Assembly: GCA_973895155.1 (NCBI GenBank)
Contig: OZ316899.1
Coordinates: forward strand, 15,403,974 to 15,467,973
DNA: 64,000 bases
Source: Marsupella aquatica
Lineage: Eukaryota > Plantae > Marchantiophyta
Direction of reading: 5' to 3'
Numbering within the stretch: the first letter of the stretch is position 1; every line of letters begins with the position of its first letter. Below the pieces are notes generated by a model that did no database searches, was not told where the DNA came from, and saw nothing but the letters and a program-made list of their open reading frames with translations. A program made the position numbers and the translations under genes. Shown piece by piece: positions 33,345-46,633 of the stretch.

Positions 33345-35783
33345 TCAGATTTCCTCTAAGTCTGAGTCCGAACTCGAGCCATGCGCCTGGACCACTTCCT
33401 CCTCAAGAAACTCAAACCCAAAGCCTTCAGACTCGGCCTTAGGCACTCCACTTTCCAGAAACTCAAAGTCTAACTCATCCAAATCAGAACCAATCAAGCC
33501 ACTTTCGAAACTCAAGTCCAACGGATGCGCCTGGACCAGTGCCTTGTCTTCAAATTCACCCAAGTCGGAACTTGAGTCCATTCCCTTCTTGGTCCTCCTC
33601 TTGAAGATCTTCACCCTTTTCCCTGCGTAAGGTACTTGGTGAACTGTTCCATCCAACTCCCGATAGTGTAGGTCGCATTCGCATGAACAGCAACCACCAC
33701 ATACGGACCTTGCCACCTCCGAGCAAACTTGTTTCGGCTCAAGTGTTGCTCGTCCAACTTACTTTTGTAAACCAGAACCCAATCCCCTTCCTTAACCAAG
33801 ACAGGCCTCAACCGATGAGTCCTGTCGAACCTGCCCTTGTTCCTTAACCTCGCCATCTTCAATTGCTTCCGAGCCACCTCAATCTTCGCGGGTAACAAGT
33901 TGAAGTGTTCGATGACACCCCTTTATCGGGACATCATCAATGAACGGTCTCGCTTTTTCCGGAATGAACGGCTCCAAGATTTTACTCATCGCATTTTGCA
34001 TGTGCGCAACTGAGTTTGTCGCCCCTTGAGGAAGAGTGCACATCCTCAAGAGGCCCAGCTGGGTCCTCATAGTCGTAATGTCTTGGCTCTCTTGCGCCAA
34101 CTGGAACTGGTCGTAACCCGAAAACAAATCACCCATGGAGTAGATCGCCCTTCCAGCAAACTCCTCCGCAAACTCATCCACGAGTGGCCCAACTCCCACA
34201 TTCCTGATGGTCACCTTGTTCGGAGGTTGCATATCCTAAATGAACCTCAAGCTTCCATTCTTCTTTCTCACTGTAAACCATCTGTTCGAGTAGGGAGCAT
34301 CAGACCTCTCGAGAATCCTAGCACTCAGCTTCTCCTTAAGCAGTTCTGCAAGCTTTGGAGCTAAAGCCCGCGGAACCGAAATTGGTTTCAGATCCCACGG
34401 AACATGAGGGACAGTAAAGATGACCATCGGTGTCACCTTACTTGGATCCGCACAACCAATCTCCTCAATCGAAAACAAGAATGCCTTGCCATGCTCCATT
34501 ATCATCTTTCAAAATGCCACTTGCTCCACCTCCGTAAGTAACCCATCCGAACCAATCTTAAGCTTCGCAAAACTCTCTTGAGTAAACTTATGCCCTATCC
34601 GATCAGTTGGCCTTAGCCTTGGTTCCAATCTCGCTTGATCCATGACCTCCATTGCATCGTCCGGCAAAGGTATCGCCGCCGGCCTCACTTTCTTGTCGAC
34701 CGTCTTGTATTTGGTACTTGAGTATACAAGCACGACCATAGACGAGTACTGCCTTTCCAACTCCTTCTCCAACTTGTCCCTTCCCAAGTTAGACTCCGCA
34801 CATTCGAGTGGCTCTTCCTCTCCATTATCCATCGTGTTTTCCCCTTCACAAGGAGCTAAGGGACGAGCACTCCGCTGATCCACTCTTTTCAGCGAAGTGC
34901 CAAGTTGTTTTCCGGACCTAGACCAGAGTCGGCACTCTCAGTCCTGAACCCTTTCCTATTCCTCTCGTTCTAGGTAAAACAGCCGGAAATTGAACCACCT
35001 CTTTCCCATCTTTGCTCCAAACCTTCACCATGAAGGTAGTATCATCCAGAACCTTCGTCTCCATCCTCCATTCAGTGATGAACGGCATGCCTAGTATCAC
35101 CAAAAACGACAAGTGCTCATGAACAAAAATGTTACAAGCCTGCTTGACATTCCCAAACTTCACCATCACATTCGGACATCCGCCCCAAAGATAGTCCTTC
35201 ATTGAACTCACCAAGTTCACACTCCAAAGCAACTCCTTGTCCACCGGCCAATTCCCCTTTTGAAACACCTATGGATCCATTAAGTTGATCTCCGAGCCAG
35301 TATCAATGAGCGCCCGCACCTTGCCTTCCATTCCTTCCAACTGGCACTCGCTCTTCGGACTTGCTCGAGCCTAGTATCCATCTTGATAAGCATAACCGTT
35401 TCCTTTCATTGAGCCCATGACATGAATGGTCCTCGATTGCGCGGTAATGCTTTCCCGTTCTCCCCCTTCGGTCGGGTCCCTGTTTGCCACACACTCAGCT
35501 TCTCTTCCGGTTCCCATGAGCTCCTCTTCCACATCAAAGAACTCATCGTCCAAGTTCATGAGCTCCTCTTCAAGGGACTTGACCCTCTTTGGTTCCCCCA
35601 AGTCTGACTCTTCGGGGCCAGCAAGCTTACTACCTGAACCCATGGACACCCCAGCAGTGTAAGTTTGGAAACTCCCAATTTCCGTCTCGCCAGCCTCCCC
35701 CATCAAGGTGTGAGGGCCCTCTTTGTAAATCCGTTTCCTCTTGGATGTCTCCAAGATTGCTTCCTGGATCGCCCGCCTCATAC
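33345..35783 (-). pseudogene. pol: Element B pol: protease, RT N-half, deletion, integrase C-terminus
   Basis: RALIDTGSEINL, DLFSGYDQF, LPQGATNS, FIDDVPIKG, then directly KFARRWQGPYVV. RNase H and the integrase core are missing at about 33900. Confidence 0.9.
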
Positions 35784-36649
35784 CACTAGTAGAAACCGGG
35801 GGGTATTTAGACCCCATAAAACAACTATTCAGTACCGTATAGGACTTGGAAACGACTGGGAAGGACTCCAGTCCTTTATAGGACTATGAGTCGTATGTTT
35901 TGTTACTATAATCAACTGAGTCCTTTATAGAACTGGTTTATAAGTCGTTTTATAGACTGGATTTTCAGTCTATTGTAGTCTTTGTGTGGGTAGGTTTGGT
36001 GAGTCTTTTTCAGTCTTTTATGGACTGCGATGGTGAGTCGTTGGGAACGACTCAAAAGGTTATGGAGGGTAGTCTTTAAGTATACTTTGTGAGTTTATAA
36101 AACGACTAAAGTAGACACTTTGTGGGGTATGTACAAGTCTTTCATGTCAACTGGAAATGAGTGATGAAGACCCCACTATACTACTTGGAATGAACTCACT
36201 CTTGTGCACAAATAACACATTCCATTCATGTTTTATTGTGTACTTGGAATGAACTCACTCTATAAGGTCACCATTCACCATGTTAACATTAGAACCTCAC
36301 ACAAATTTTCAGAAAGCCATCTTCTATACCATGTACACTAATATGAATTCACAGATTCAAACATCATAGACTACAAAGAAGGTCACAAAGCATTCGTCTA
36401 TACCATACACACTAATACTGAAATGATACAAAACAGATTCAAGTATCATAGACAATCACCATAGAGCCATAGTTTGACATCAATCACTTGTTTCATATAT
36501 ACAGAATTCAGAAATATCAATGTCACACACAACGGCTCCTTCATCCTCTTTACCAAATGGAAAAATTGGTACAGATATTTCTTGGATCTTCCCAAGGCAA
36601 TGTCAAAATGTAACATATGTCACATGATTCTATCTACACTTGCATTCAG

Positions 36650-39600
36650 TCACTGCAGACTAACACACTCTGATGGCCAGAGCACAAGAGATCCTACTGC
36701 ATCTGCAATTATTTCCTGAGGTGGATCATCGTCTCTATTCGGAAATGGCAAATTACAATCAGATACAATCACTGTAGTCAACAACACTACTACATGGTCA
36801 TCCGAGACCACTTTGCCATGGAATTTAGCATGATCCGGTCGCAAAATGCCTGTACCCACACATACCTGCGAGTCATCCTCCCATGATAGAAGATTATGGA
36901 CTGGCTCTGCTGTGGCTATCACCTCCACCTTACCCTGGCTGCTTTTCTTGGCTTTCCTGGGTGGCTTATACATGACATTATTCATACCTTGGTTGCGAGT
37001 CATGACTTTGGCACGAGTGTTTTGTGCTGGTGATCGAGAATTGGCTACACTCTTCTTCAAAGAATCTGCATCCATATTTGACACTTCCAATTGTATAGCA
37101 GGATTTCCCTGCGACATCATCTCAGTATCTGCCAACATTGTACTTGCTTCAATTGAAGCATCTACAATCTTACTTGCATCCAATGTTGCTCCCAAGTTTC
37201 GACATCGCTTCACCCTGCTCCCACTTGGTTGAGAGTCTGTCAACTCTGCATCAACTACAATTCAGTGCATTGTCCAACATAAGTGAATCACTCATCACAT
37301 GTGCGCCATGTACATGTCACCAACCACAAAGTTGTCACTATCTCCTTACCATTATGAACAGCCTTCTTCCCCTTCTTTACCATTGCCATATCCTCCATGT
37401 CTGCTTCTGCTGATCAATAAACACACCACAATATTCAGGTTCAATCTATTAACCACTGAATTGTTTCTCAACAATGGTAGGAGAGGAATTTAAAGCATCA
37501 GCTTACCTGATACCTCCTTGGCTATGGTCACTGAGGCACTGGGCACATCTTTTTCATTGCTCTTTGAATCACCTGATACATCAATCATGATGTCACTTCA
37601 GATCCCAGTTGATCCAACCAGTTCTTACAGAAAAGATTACCTCCAACCGGCTTAAGCTTCACAAAACTCCATGCACTTTTCAAATGTAATGTACTGGATC
37701 ATAGCAGGTTACCTGTCTCAGCAACCTTTTTGCCATTCTGCTTACTGATTACAGGGTCCTTCTCTGCCTCCACTCTTCTTGCATTCAAACCATTCACTTA
37801 CTGATTACAGGGTCCTTCTCTGCCTCCACTCTTCCTGCATTAAAACCATTCACTCAATTCATGAAAACTTACTTCTAACATTTGAACATAGGACACAATG
37901 AACAATGGGCCGGTGTCATTTCCATACCTGTGTCAGATTTGCCAATTCCCTTTTTTGTTAACAAGGGCACACTTTGTACAATGTTGCCCTCATTGTTTGG
38001 TTGGGAACCACCCAATTTTTCAATCACAAGCTTGAAATTAGATTCCACTGATGCAAGAAGGTTCGCTACAGATGCCTCCACAATATCCAAACGATCAGCC
38101 AATTTACTTTCCACTCGAGGGAGTCCACACTCTAATGACTTCAACCGTTCACACATCTCTGTGAGAGTTGTAACAGTTCCCTGTCATAACACAGCTTACA
38201 TATCTCAGATAATTGTCCCCAAGAACTGGTTGCTTACTTACGACTACAATTCTTTCTGATGCTCAAGGGCAAATAGTCACAGAACATACAGAATTACAAC
38301 ATAATCACCTGTTTGGAAGTCACACTTGTCACCTCACTCCTTTGTTTCATGAACTCCTCTCTCACTTCTTGTGCTGATGGTTCTTCACCTGTCAATTTCT
38401 TCTGCAGTCCACATCAACATACATATGAATGAAACCAAGTGTTGATTGTCAATGAAAATGTAATAATGGTAGCAAGATGATAAGTTTGAGGCTTACTATC
38501 AGGCATGTCACTGCCTTACCAATTGTTCTTTCACTGGAGCATAACTTCCTCTCCCAGCCTGTGACAGGTGTTTCACTTTGCCTCGAGCATTTGACATCAG
38601 TTCACTTTTGCTCTGTCCAGCCTCTAACATGAACCCTTTGATTAACCGTGTCCATTGATCCAATTCCAATGATGGGGGTGGTGGCATTCTCCTGTTAGAA
38701 CCATTGTCTATCCACATCCTTTTCAACCTATGCCTCTCTTGTTTCAAAATCCTCATTGCATAATCTGATATGCAATCTTCAACTGGGCCCTTACCATCAT
38801 TACCAACATAGTCCCACCGTTCAAGAATGTCCTTGCAGATAGCAGCCCAATCAGCTTTGTTATGACTCCTAAACTTTGTAATGCTCAAATCTAACCAACG
38901 CAATACTTCTCCTCTTAGGTCAGAATGCCAACGGTTCTTACCATCACATGTGGGAGTTATCCAACCATCGGAATTCACTTCTACTTTACCAAATTTGTTA
39001 CTGTCTCCTGCCTTGGTACTCCCTGAAGCGCTACTAGGTGTCCCTCCACGGCCTGGTGTCCCCCCACGGCCTGGGGTCCCTCCACGGCCTGATCTCCCCC
39101 CACGGCCTGGATTGCATTGTCCAAACCTCCCTGGAGTCCCTGCACATTTACAGGATCCATTAGGTAAGTATGAATCATAAATCCTGCTGCCAAATATACA
39201 GTGGACTTCAGAGCAATTCTGCAATGACCAAGTTACCTCTCCCTTGGCGCATAGATGGTTCTGGACCACCTGTCCTATTGCTTTGTCTTGATGAATTAGG
39301 GCCGTTTCTCCCGCCTGTGAATGATTGCCTCCTATCTGAACGTGGATGGCCTTTGTTGTTTTCGTGATTGTCCCAATCAGAGTCTGCATACCAACAGGTA
39401 CATGCCACACTCATGGACCTGTAAGATAAACTCTTTGCCCTAGCTACACATCAGATAAGTGCATATTGAGCTAAATCTCTACTACCATCACAAAATCACT
39501 TGCACAAGGCACTTACTTGTCCAATCATCCTCCTCACCTTTCCATTGCCCTCTGTACCCGTCTCTACCACGCTCTGGGTGTTCATATTCATCCCATCCAT

Positions 39601-39859
39601 CTTCTGCTCCATCATAGTCATCATCATAATTATCAGGCGTCCCTTGCCAATAACTTTGGCTCCTTCTAGGGTATGGATTATGTGATTTCTCTCTAGCTGC
39701 CCACCTATCTGGGACTTGATGAGCGCCCTGTGCATCTTGCACAGGTGCATTTTTCTGTGAGCCCCCTGCATCTGGGTCTCCATCCATATCCAATCTTTCC
39801 TCTTCACCCCACTCTCCAAGCCCCATGTCTGTCTCCATGTCATCACCCTCTTCCCCCAT
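36650..39859 (-). pseudogene. CACTA TnpA-like multi-exon gene
   Basis: 38508-39410 (RWHSDLRGE...LKQERHRLKRMW...PPPSLELDQWTRL) and 36650-37243 (GTGIL...VVVLLTTV...LPFP...AVGSLVLWP, Tnp1/En/Spm-like). PGRGGT 18-bp repeats at about 39040-39110. Exon structure not resolved. Confidence 0.65.
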
Positions 39860-40036
39860 AGCTTCTGCACAGCACCCACAACCAAACAGGGAGAATCAGC
39901 ACACTAAATTCAAAGTATCAATCAATTTCATGCATATCCAACTATCCTAAACATCATTCCAGGCAGCAATTCCCGTTCTGTGACTCTGTGCAGGTAGTCA
40001 TTCTCAACCTCATACTTGCCAATCGCCAGCTGTTGC

Positions 40037-41792
40037 CTATTGCAAATCATCAACCTCATCATATTCCATTTGCCCAGGTTCATCATATGTCTCTCTCAAT
40101 GTTAAGGGGATGTAGTCAGTCCCTGCCCGAGTTGGAAGTACAGTCTCATGACTAGGATGCTCGAATGCAGCATGGTCATCCAAACTGAACTCTACTTTAC
40201 TTCCATCCATCCGCCTGTTCCGTGCTTGGCTATGGCATACCACCCTCCAGCCATGTGACTCCTCCACATCTGCAAAGAAAGCCTGTTCAACTTGGCTAGG
40301 GAAAACAAAAGGCTCAGACCATTCTGGTACTCTGGACCTAAAATTGGCCAACAAGAACCCATCATGATCACGCTTCATGGTTGCCCTTGGTCTCTGCCAC
40401 TCTGATTTCACCCATGATCCCTTCATCAATATCACTGGGACACTTGTGTTACCATAATTCAACACCCAAATGTCGGTCAACTCCCCCACGTAACCCATCT
40501 TCATCCACCCCCTCTGTTCTTCAGAGGTTCTCTGCTCAAACACAGAAATCAAACCACAATCATATGATACACAATGGTCACCCTGCTCATCCCTCACTCG
40601 ATAATGATTTCCATAAGCTCTCATCCGTTTGTAGGTCAGAATAGACAATCGTGGTGGCACAGATAGAAGATACAAATCCTTCTCCATATCTGGGTGATGT
40701 CTACTATGCTCTCGAATTGTCACCCGAATCCACTGCTCGAACTGTGGGAAGGGATCCTGCTGCCCAGAGTGTGCAGCTTTTTGCATATCATATTCCCTGC
40801 AATATGAGGTACAGGCATAGTTAGGTCTAAACAACACATGACAACCTAAGATCACCCTTGGAACAGACAAGAAGCATCACAACAAAGGCAAGTCAATTCA
40901 ATCACTCACCTCCACCATGGTTGCATAGGCTCTGTGTTTGCCAGCACATATGAATGAGCCTTGTCTCAAATCGCAATAGGCAGCTGAACAGCACGTCCCA
41001 CACCTTCAACAACCTCGCCACTCACTCCATCATCTTCACCAGATTTCCAAACTCTTGTCATAGCTTCACCAGACCCAGCCATGTACTCTGTTAGGAATCC
41101 CAACGTCTCATCCTTAATGTACCCCAATGCCATGGAAGCCTCTGGCCTGTAGTATGTTCTCACATGACCTTTCAACAACTTCATGTATTGCTCCATAGGG
41201 TACATCCATCTGGTACTGACTGGCCCATACTGCCCTAGCTCTTCTACCACATGGATTAGGAGATGAGTCATAACATCAAAGAAAGCAGGGGGAAGTATAT
41301 CTCCAAGTCACAGAGGACATAAGCAGCATCCTGCTTCAACTGCTCCAATCCTTGGGGATCCCACACTTTCACACATATACGGCGAAATACATTGCACAGT
41401 CAAAGAATGACATTACGGACTGGTTTCTGCATGAGACCTCTGAGGCATAGGGACAGAATGTGCTGCATCAACACATGGTAGTCATGTGTTTTCATACTGC
41501 CAAGTTTATTCTTTGTAATATGCTTCTTGAAGGCACCAGCATAGCTAGAGGGCACTTTCAGACAGCTCAATCTAAACAAGAATGTCTTCCATTCATCCTG
41601 TGTGCACACATAGGGAGCTTGGAACTTGAGAAGTACATTGGGATTGCTTGCATGGGGCTTCAACCAAAGGTGAGGGCGAATCCCCTTCTATTGCATATCA
41701 GCTCGAACTGCTCCTGTATCTTTCTCACCCGACAAGAACTTCAGCAAGCTCTCACAAATATTTTTCTCAATGTGCATGACGTCCACATTGTG
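40037..41792 (-). pseudogene. CACTA transposase C-terminal half (DUF4218/DUF4216-like)
   Basis: DVMHIEKN, MKTHDYHVLMQHIL, PPAFFDVMTHLLIHV, GPVSTRWMYPME, YVGELTDIW, EPFVFPSQVEQAFF. Confidence 0.9.
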
Positions 41793-44700
41793 TTTGCTGG
41801 GCTCAAATGAGTGGACAGAGAATGAACAGTCCGGTTATAGGCAAACGGCGACTGATGCCCTCATGCAATGAAACACGCATTGACATAGCGGAGGGACATA
41901 AAAACTACATAAGCCAACTGACCTTTTAAGGCCCACAATTTCAAGGGGAGGGACAAAGAGAGCAGTAACAGATGCAGAGACAAAGCTGTACTCTGTGCAT
42001 TGTGCATTGAGTAGGCAAGTGGGTGGGTGAAGATCAACAACCAATGTAGCAGCAAAGCCAGAGTAGCAACAAAGAAGAGCAATTGTTGGAGAGCTGTACT
42101 CGCGATTACTCCCTATGCAATCGGCTGGAGAATTAGGCAGGCAGGCGTGGTGTGGTGAGAGCCTTAGACAAAATGTATGGATTAGAATCTGAATCTGAAT
42201 GCGACTCATCTACGCTTTCCATTGCTGGTCATAGCACGACGAGCAATCAGGATGATGCCATGTCAAGTAGAAGAATGAGAAAGCATTCCGTAAAAGGCAC
42301 TAAGATTGGAGGTATAGTAAAAGTGGTAGTACTTCTAGTAGCGCGACCAACTTGCTATGAGGATGTCCGGAAAAGCACAAAGGCTGAAAGGCGATAGATT
42401 CCATGCTCAATGTGACACGTTTTTTCAGCTGATCAAGCCAAGGTGCAGAGGAAAACTGATTGAAGGTGACATGGGAAAGTTTTTGGTTCAAGTGCAGGAG
42501 AAACTCTTGCCTTACAATGCTTGACGCTCCTTCAGCTGGATAGGGGCACCTCCAGCTACACGGTTTGGTGCAATCGCCGCCTGCTCTGTTACAAAAAATA
42601 TGGCTGAAAGTGGAAGGCCAATGTTGCACTTGTGAACTCGCTCCCGCGTCCAGCCCTCAGTCCCCACCTTGTGGTAGCAGCAAGTTGACCTCAAAGTAGA
42701 AAGCCAGCAAAGGGTTTAGCAGAAATCCCTAGAAAATCCCGCCTCTGAAGTCCATTGCTCGTGGTTACAAATGATGGCAACAGAACATTCGGGAACCCAA
42801 CAGTTGAACTGACCTCAATCACACCTGCACCTGGTTGGCAGCTCCGCAGACACTAATTGTAGCTCCAGCTGAAGACACCGTTTGAACAGCAAATCAGTCA
42901 CAGCTCATGAATCCGTTCAGACTAGCATCATGGGTACTACGTCGGAGCACTGCGCAAGAAGCCGGGAAAAAAACTGCAAACATGGGGACCCACAGGCAAG
43001 AAATCTGGACCTCGGACACAATCTGGAAATCCTTTCGCAAACAACTGGCCCTCTCCTCAACAACTCGCGATGGTAGTAGCTCGCAATGGTAGCAGCTCGC
43101 GATGGTAGCTCCCTTCAACAAGCTTGGTAGTACGATAGGAGCAACAACTTACAGAGGACAACGACCTCCCCTATGAGACTGATTGAAAGACCTCAATACA
43201 ATTACTGAAGCAGGGATACAGAACGGGGAGAAGCCTTTCGCAGTTTGGGACAGCGAGAAGTGTGAACACTTAGGGCAGGGCCCACAGGAAGGTCACTCAG
43301 TCCGAATGAGCCACAAGCTTATCGCCCAAAACCACACAAACCTGAAGTTGAAATTAGCACTATGAGGTAGCAAGCTACAAAATAGCATTTCTCACATTCT
43401 TAATGCATGGCATCGGAGCTCATTCCGCCTAGAAAACCAAAGCCACTACCAAAACTAACCTGCAAATGGAAGTTTGGACTAACCAGGGTGATTCAGGGCA
43501 GTTCAATGTCACTATGGCAGGTGCATTGCTGCTCGTAGCTGCAATGTACCTTAGCGCTCCCGGTCCCTCCACGGCTGCAACATCCCAAGACCGGTCGGTC
43601 CCAACTAGTCAGTCTTCTGTGAATCTTGGTGCGCCCACGTTGTCTCAATCCAAAGCTGTCAGCTCTCAGGCAGGAGACAAATCTCCGCTTGCCTTCGTGC
43701 CAAAAGCTGTCACTGGCCTCATGAGCCTCTCTGCAATGTCCGCAACGCCTCAATGTCTGCAACGCCTCAATGTCCTTACCATCAAGCGCTTCTCAGGGAT
43801 GCCTCAATGTCCTTACCACCTCACGACTGTCAAGGTCCCAAACCAGCGCAAACCACTTGCTGAACTCCTTTGTCCAAACAATTGTAAGGGGCAGGTAGAA
43901 CTGTCAAAAGCGCTCGCAGGAGTGGACGGCAACAATTGACTACAATCGCCTCCCAGCTTCCCTCGCAAAATGTTAACCCTAAACCTTGCTCGTATGCTCC
44001 ACTCACAGAAGCAAAGCACAACGTTCTGTCGCACAATGGGGCCCGAACACATGGGCGCAGGTACTCAATAGTTCCCTTCACAAAAACCCAATAATCACCT
44101 GATGACCAAAGCACACTCACCCTAACCCAAGACTTAGTGCAAGCAGTCATGTAAGCTCGTTTCCGTTGAGGTGACCCGTTGAGCATAATAAGTACGTTTG
44201 CGCCAGAGTGTTAGGCAACACACAGAACTAAAGTTAGAGGGTTAAGGATAACTTTAAATAAATCCCTTTGGTGACAAAGTCATGGCCACTTAATTAGTTG
44301 TGGGCCCCACCCTAACCCTCCCCCCCCCCCTTGTGGAATTAATCTTGGATCAAAAGGCACCATCATTTAGACTCAAATCAATCACGGGCTAGACTGTTCA
44401 TTGTGCCAATTAGTGCCCATGACCTTGTTAAAACGACACTAGTTGGCAATGCGGAATATATCATGGTGTGGGAGTTGTACCTAGCTAGGGTTATAGTGAT
44501 GCATTAGTTCCGGTTCCGGTTAGAAACCACCCTAAGCCCTCCAGTACAGTTGTACCCTAAGTTATGAAAAGTACCCGTTACATGGATATTTACGGTGCAA
44601 TGTTAGTTAAGGTTGGTCATATATACAAGGCATGTCCTTAAGCACTTAGGCCCAAAAGTAGGATGTCGCCCGGTCCTTCTTAAGTATACTCTTATCATGA

Positions 44701-44974
44701 ACCCTTGTAAGACTTTGTATTATACTAGTCTTTGTGTGGACCTTTAGAGTGATTCCAAGAACAAAACCCATGATGTCCTAGAGTGTTCACCCTTCACAAA
44801 GTAGCAAGGTTACTTTTCATAGTCTTTAACTAAACCGGAAAACACTCAAAGTCTTTTATAGTCTTTAACAAAACCTTGGCAATGGGTGCGAGTCATTTAA
44901 AGTATGGAAGAAGGACTTAGTGGGCTTAGTCCTATAAGGTATGGTCTAAATTACCCCGGTTTCTACTAGTGTAC

Positions 44975-46512
44975 TGCCAAAGAACTCGGCATTGGTAAAC
45001 CCTTGAGCATGTTGGCTCTAGAACTTCTCAGCTACAACCTCCGGGTACATGGCCTGGTCCACGTCCCTGCCAAGCACCCATCCCGGGTCCTTCCTGATCG
45101 GTTTCCCTTTCTCCGGCTCTTTCTCGCTCATTTCCTCTTCTTCAAACCTAACCCTCCTTTCCTTGTCTCGAGTATCCCGCCTATCTCGTTCCCCTGATTG
45201 AGACGGAGTGTCATCCTCATCGGTTTTCTTCCTTTTTGACTTGACCGAGGCATCCCAACTAGCCCCAACCTCAACCGTTATCGCATTGATCAGCACTGGG
45301 TCACTCCATCCGGATCTCTCTCGCACCAGATCCGCCAAGTGCTTGTAAAACTTGTCCATTTCCATCACGGGGCCATCCAACTCCACGTTGTAAACATTCG
45401 CTTCCAGGTGCAAAGAGGACGCCTCTTCGACTCGCTTCCCAGCTTGCTTCTCAGCCAAAGCCTTCATGCCTCCTTTGTTGGAGTTGAATGGAATTGGCTC
45501 CTCAGTATCGGCAAACGATATCTTTTTGTGACCAACTTCACCGACGAACTTGATTAGCCCTTTATCCGCAGCTTCCCTCAGGTCCAGGCACTCCCGTTTG
45601 TCATGCTCTTTGTTGTTGCACCACATGCATGGCCAACTTTGCATCTCTTGCTTCCTCTTGGGAGCACTCGCAACCCTCGGTTTTGGATTCTTGACAGCAT
45701 GTGCCGCCAAGATCTTCAGGTTCTGCATCATTTCTACGAGATCATCCATCGATGGTTTGATCTCATCCTTCGCTGGTTCTCGCTTCCCTTTCCTCAGTAT
45801 CGGTTCCGGCGGCCTTAGGTCGAGAGTGGTAGCCTCCTTGTCTAGCTCTCGCCGCCGGTGTCAATTGCTCACTTTTGACACCGCTTTCTCAACTTGGTTC
45901 CAATCGTTAGAAAGGTAACTCTGGAAGGTTCCAGCAGCTCCATCGCGTTCTCAAGCTCCTCTCGAAGGTCCTCATTGGCTGCCCTCAAGAAGAGCGTCGA
46001 GCGCTGCAACTCGATGATTCCCACATCCCGCTTCGGTAACTGAGACACCCTTCTCTTGAACTCCCTTAGGAGCTCTTGCGGCCTTCTTGTTCCTGTCATT
46101 CACCCAATCCAAGAAGGTAGCCTGCATGACCCGATCAGCATCCTCCGCTTGGAACTCCTCTTTCATCTTCTGGTCAAAGTCATCCCAGCCCAGTTGACTC
46201 AACGATGGTCCGCACCGTCAAACTCAACTCCTTCTCAACCAGCACCATGAACTCTTTCACGGCCGTCCCTTTGTCCAACTTGTAGACAACTGCTTCTGTC
46301 AAGTAAGACTTAAGGTAGCTTGTCACATTTCTCCCATCGAACTGCCCATTCTCTTTCAAAACCTCTTGGAGACACCGAGTAGTTCTATTCGCTTCCCTGT
46401 TCGCCCTTTCTGACTCAAGCTCCTCCTTCCTTATGGTTCTCATCATCGACATGATGATGCTCGATATCCGATCGACTTTGTCATAGTCACCCATCTCATC
46501 CAATCGCCCCAA
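44975..46512 (-). pseudogene. gag: Element B gag, frameshifted
   Basis: FDGRNVTSYLKSY...WDDFDQKMKEEF...CMWCNNKEHDKREC knuckle. Continues across the CACTA insertion. Confidence 0.85.
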
Positions 46513-46633
46513 GGAATCCCCAATATGGTGCCAATGTCGTGAGGACTTAAAGTTAGGGGCTCCTTGGGCAAACTACGCGTTTCTGGTTGCAATCGGGACA
46601 GGTGACAAGCACTTTTTGGAGCAAACTCTCACT

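Larger units (their letters stand above)
35784..44971 (-). mobile_element. CACTA (En/Spm) DNA transposon, 9188 bp, non-autonomous
   Basis: TIRs CACTAGTAGAAACCGGGG / CCCCGGTTTCTACTAGTG, 3-bp TSD TAC on both sides, AT-rich subterminal regions. Confidence 0.97.

Noticed and set aside
37740-37856. Tandem duplication of about 56 bp in the CACTA element
   Set aside because: Two-copy local duplication with no further structure.
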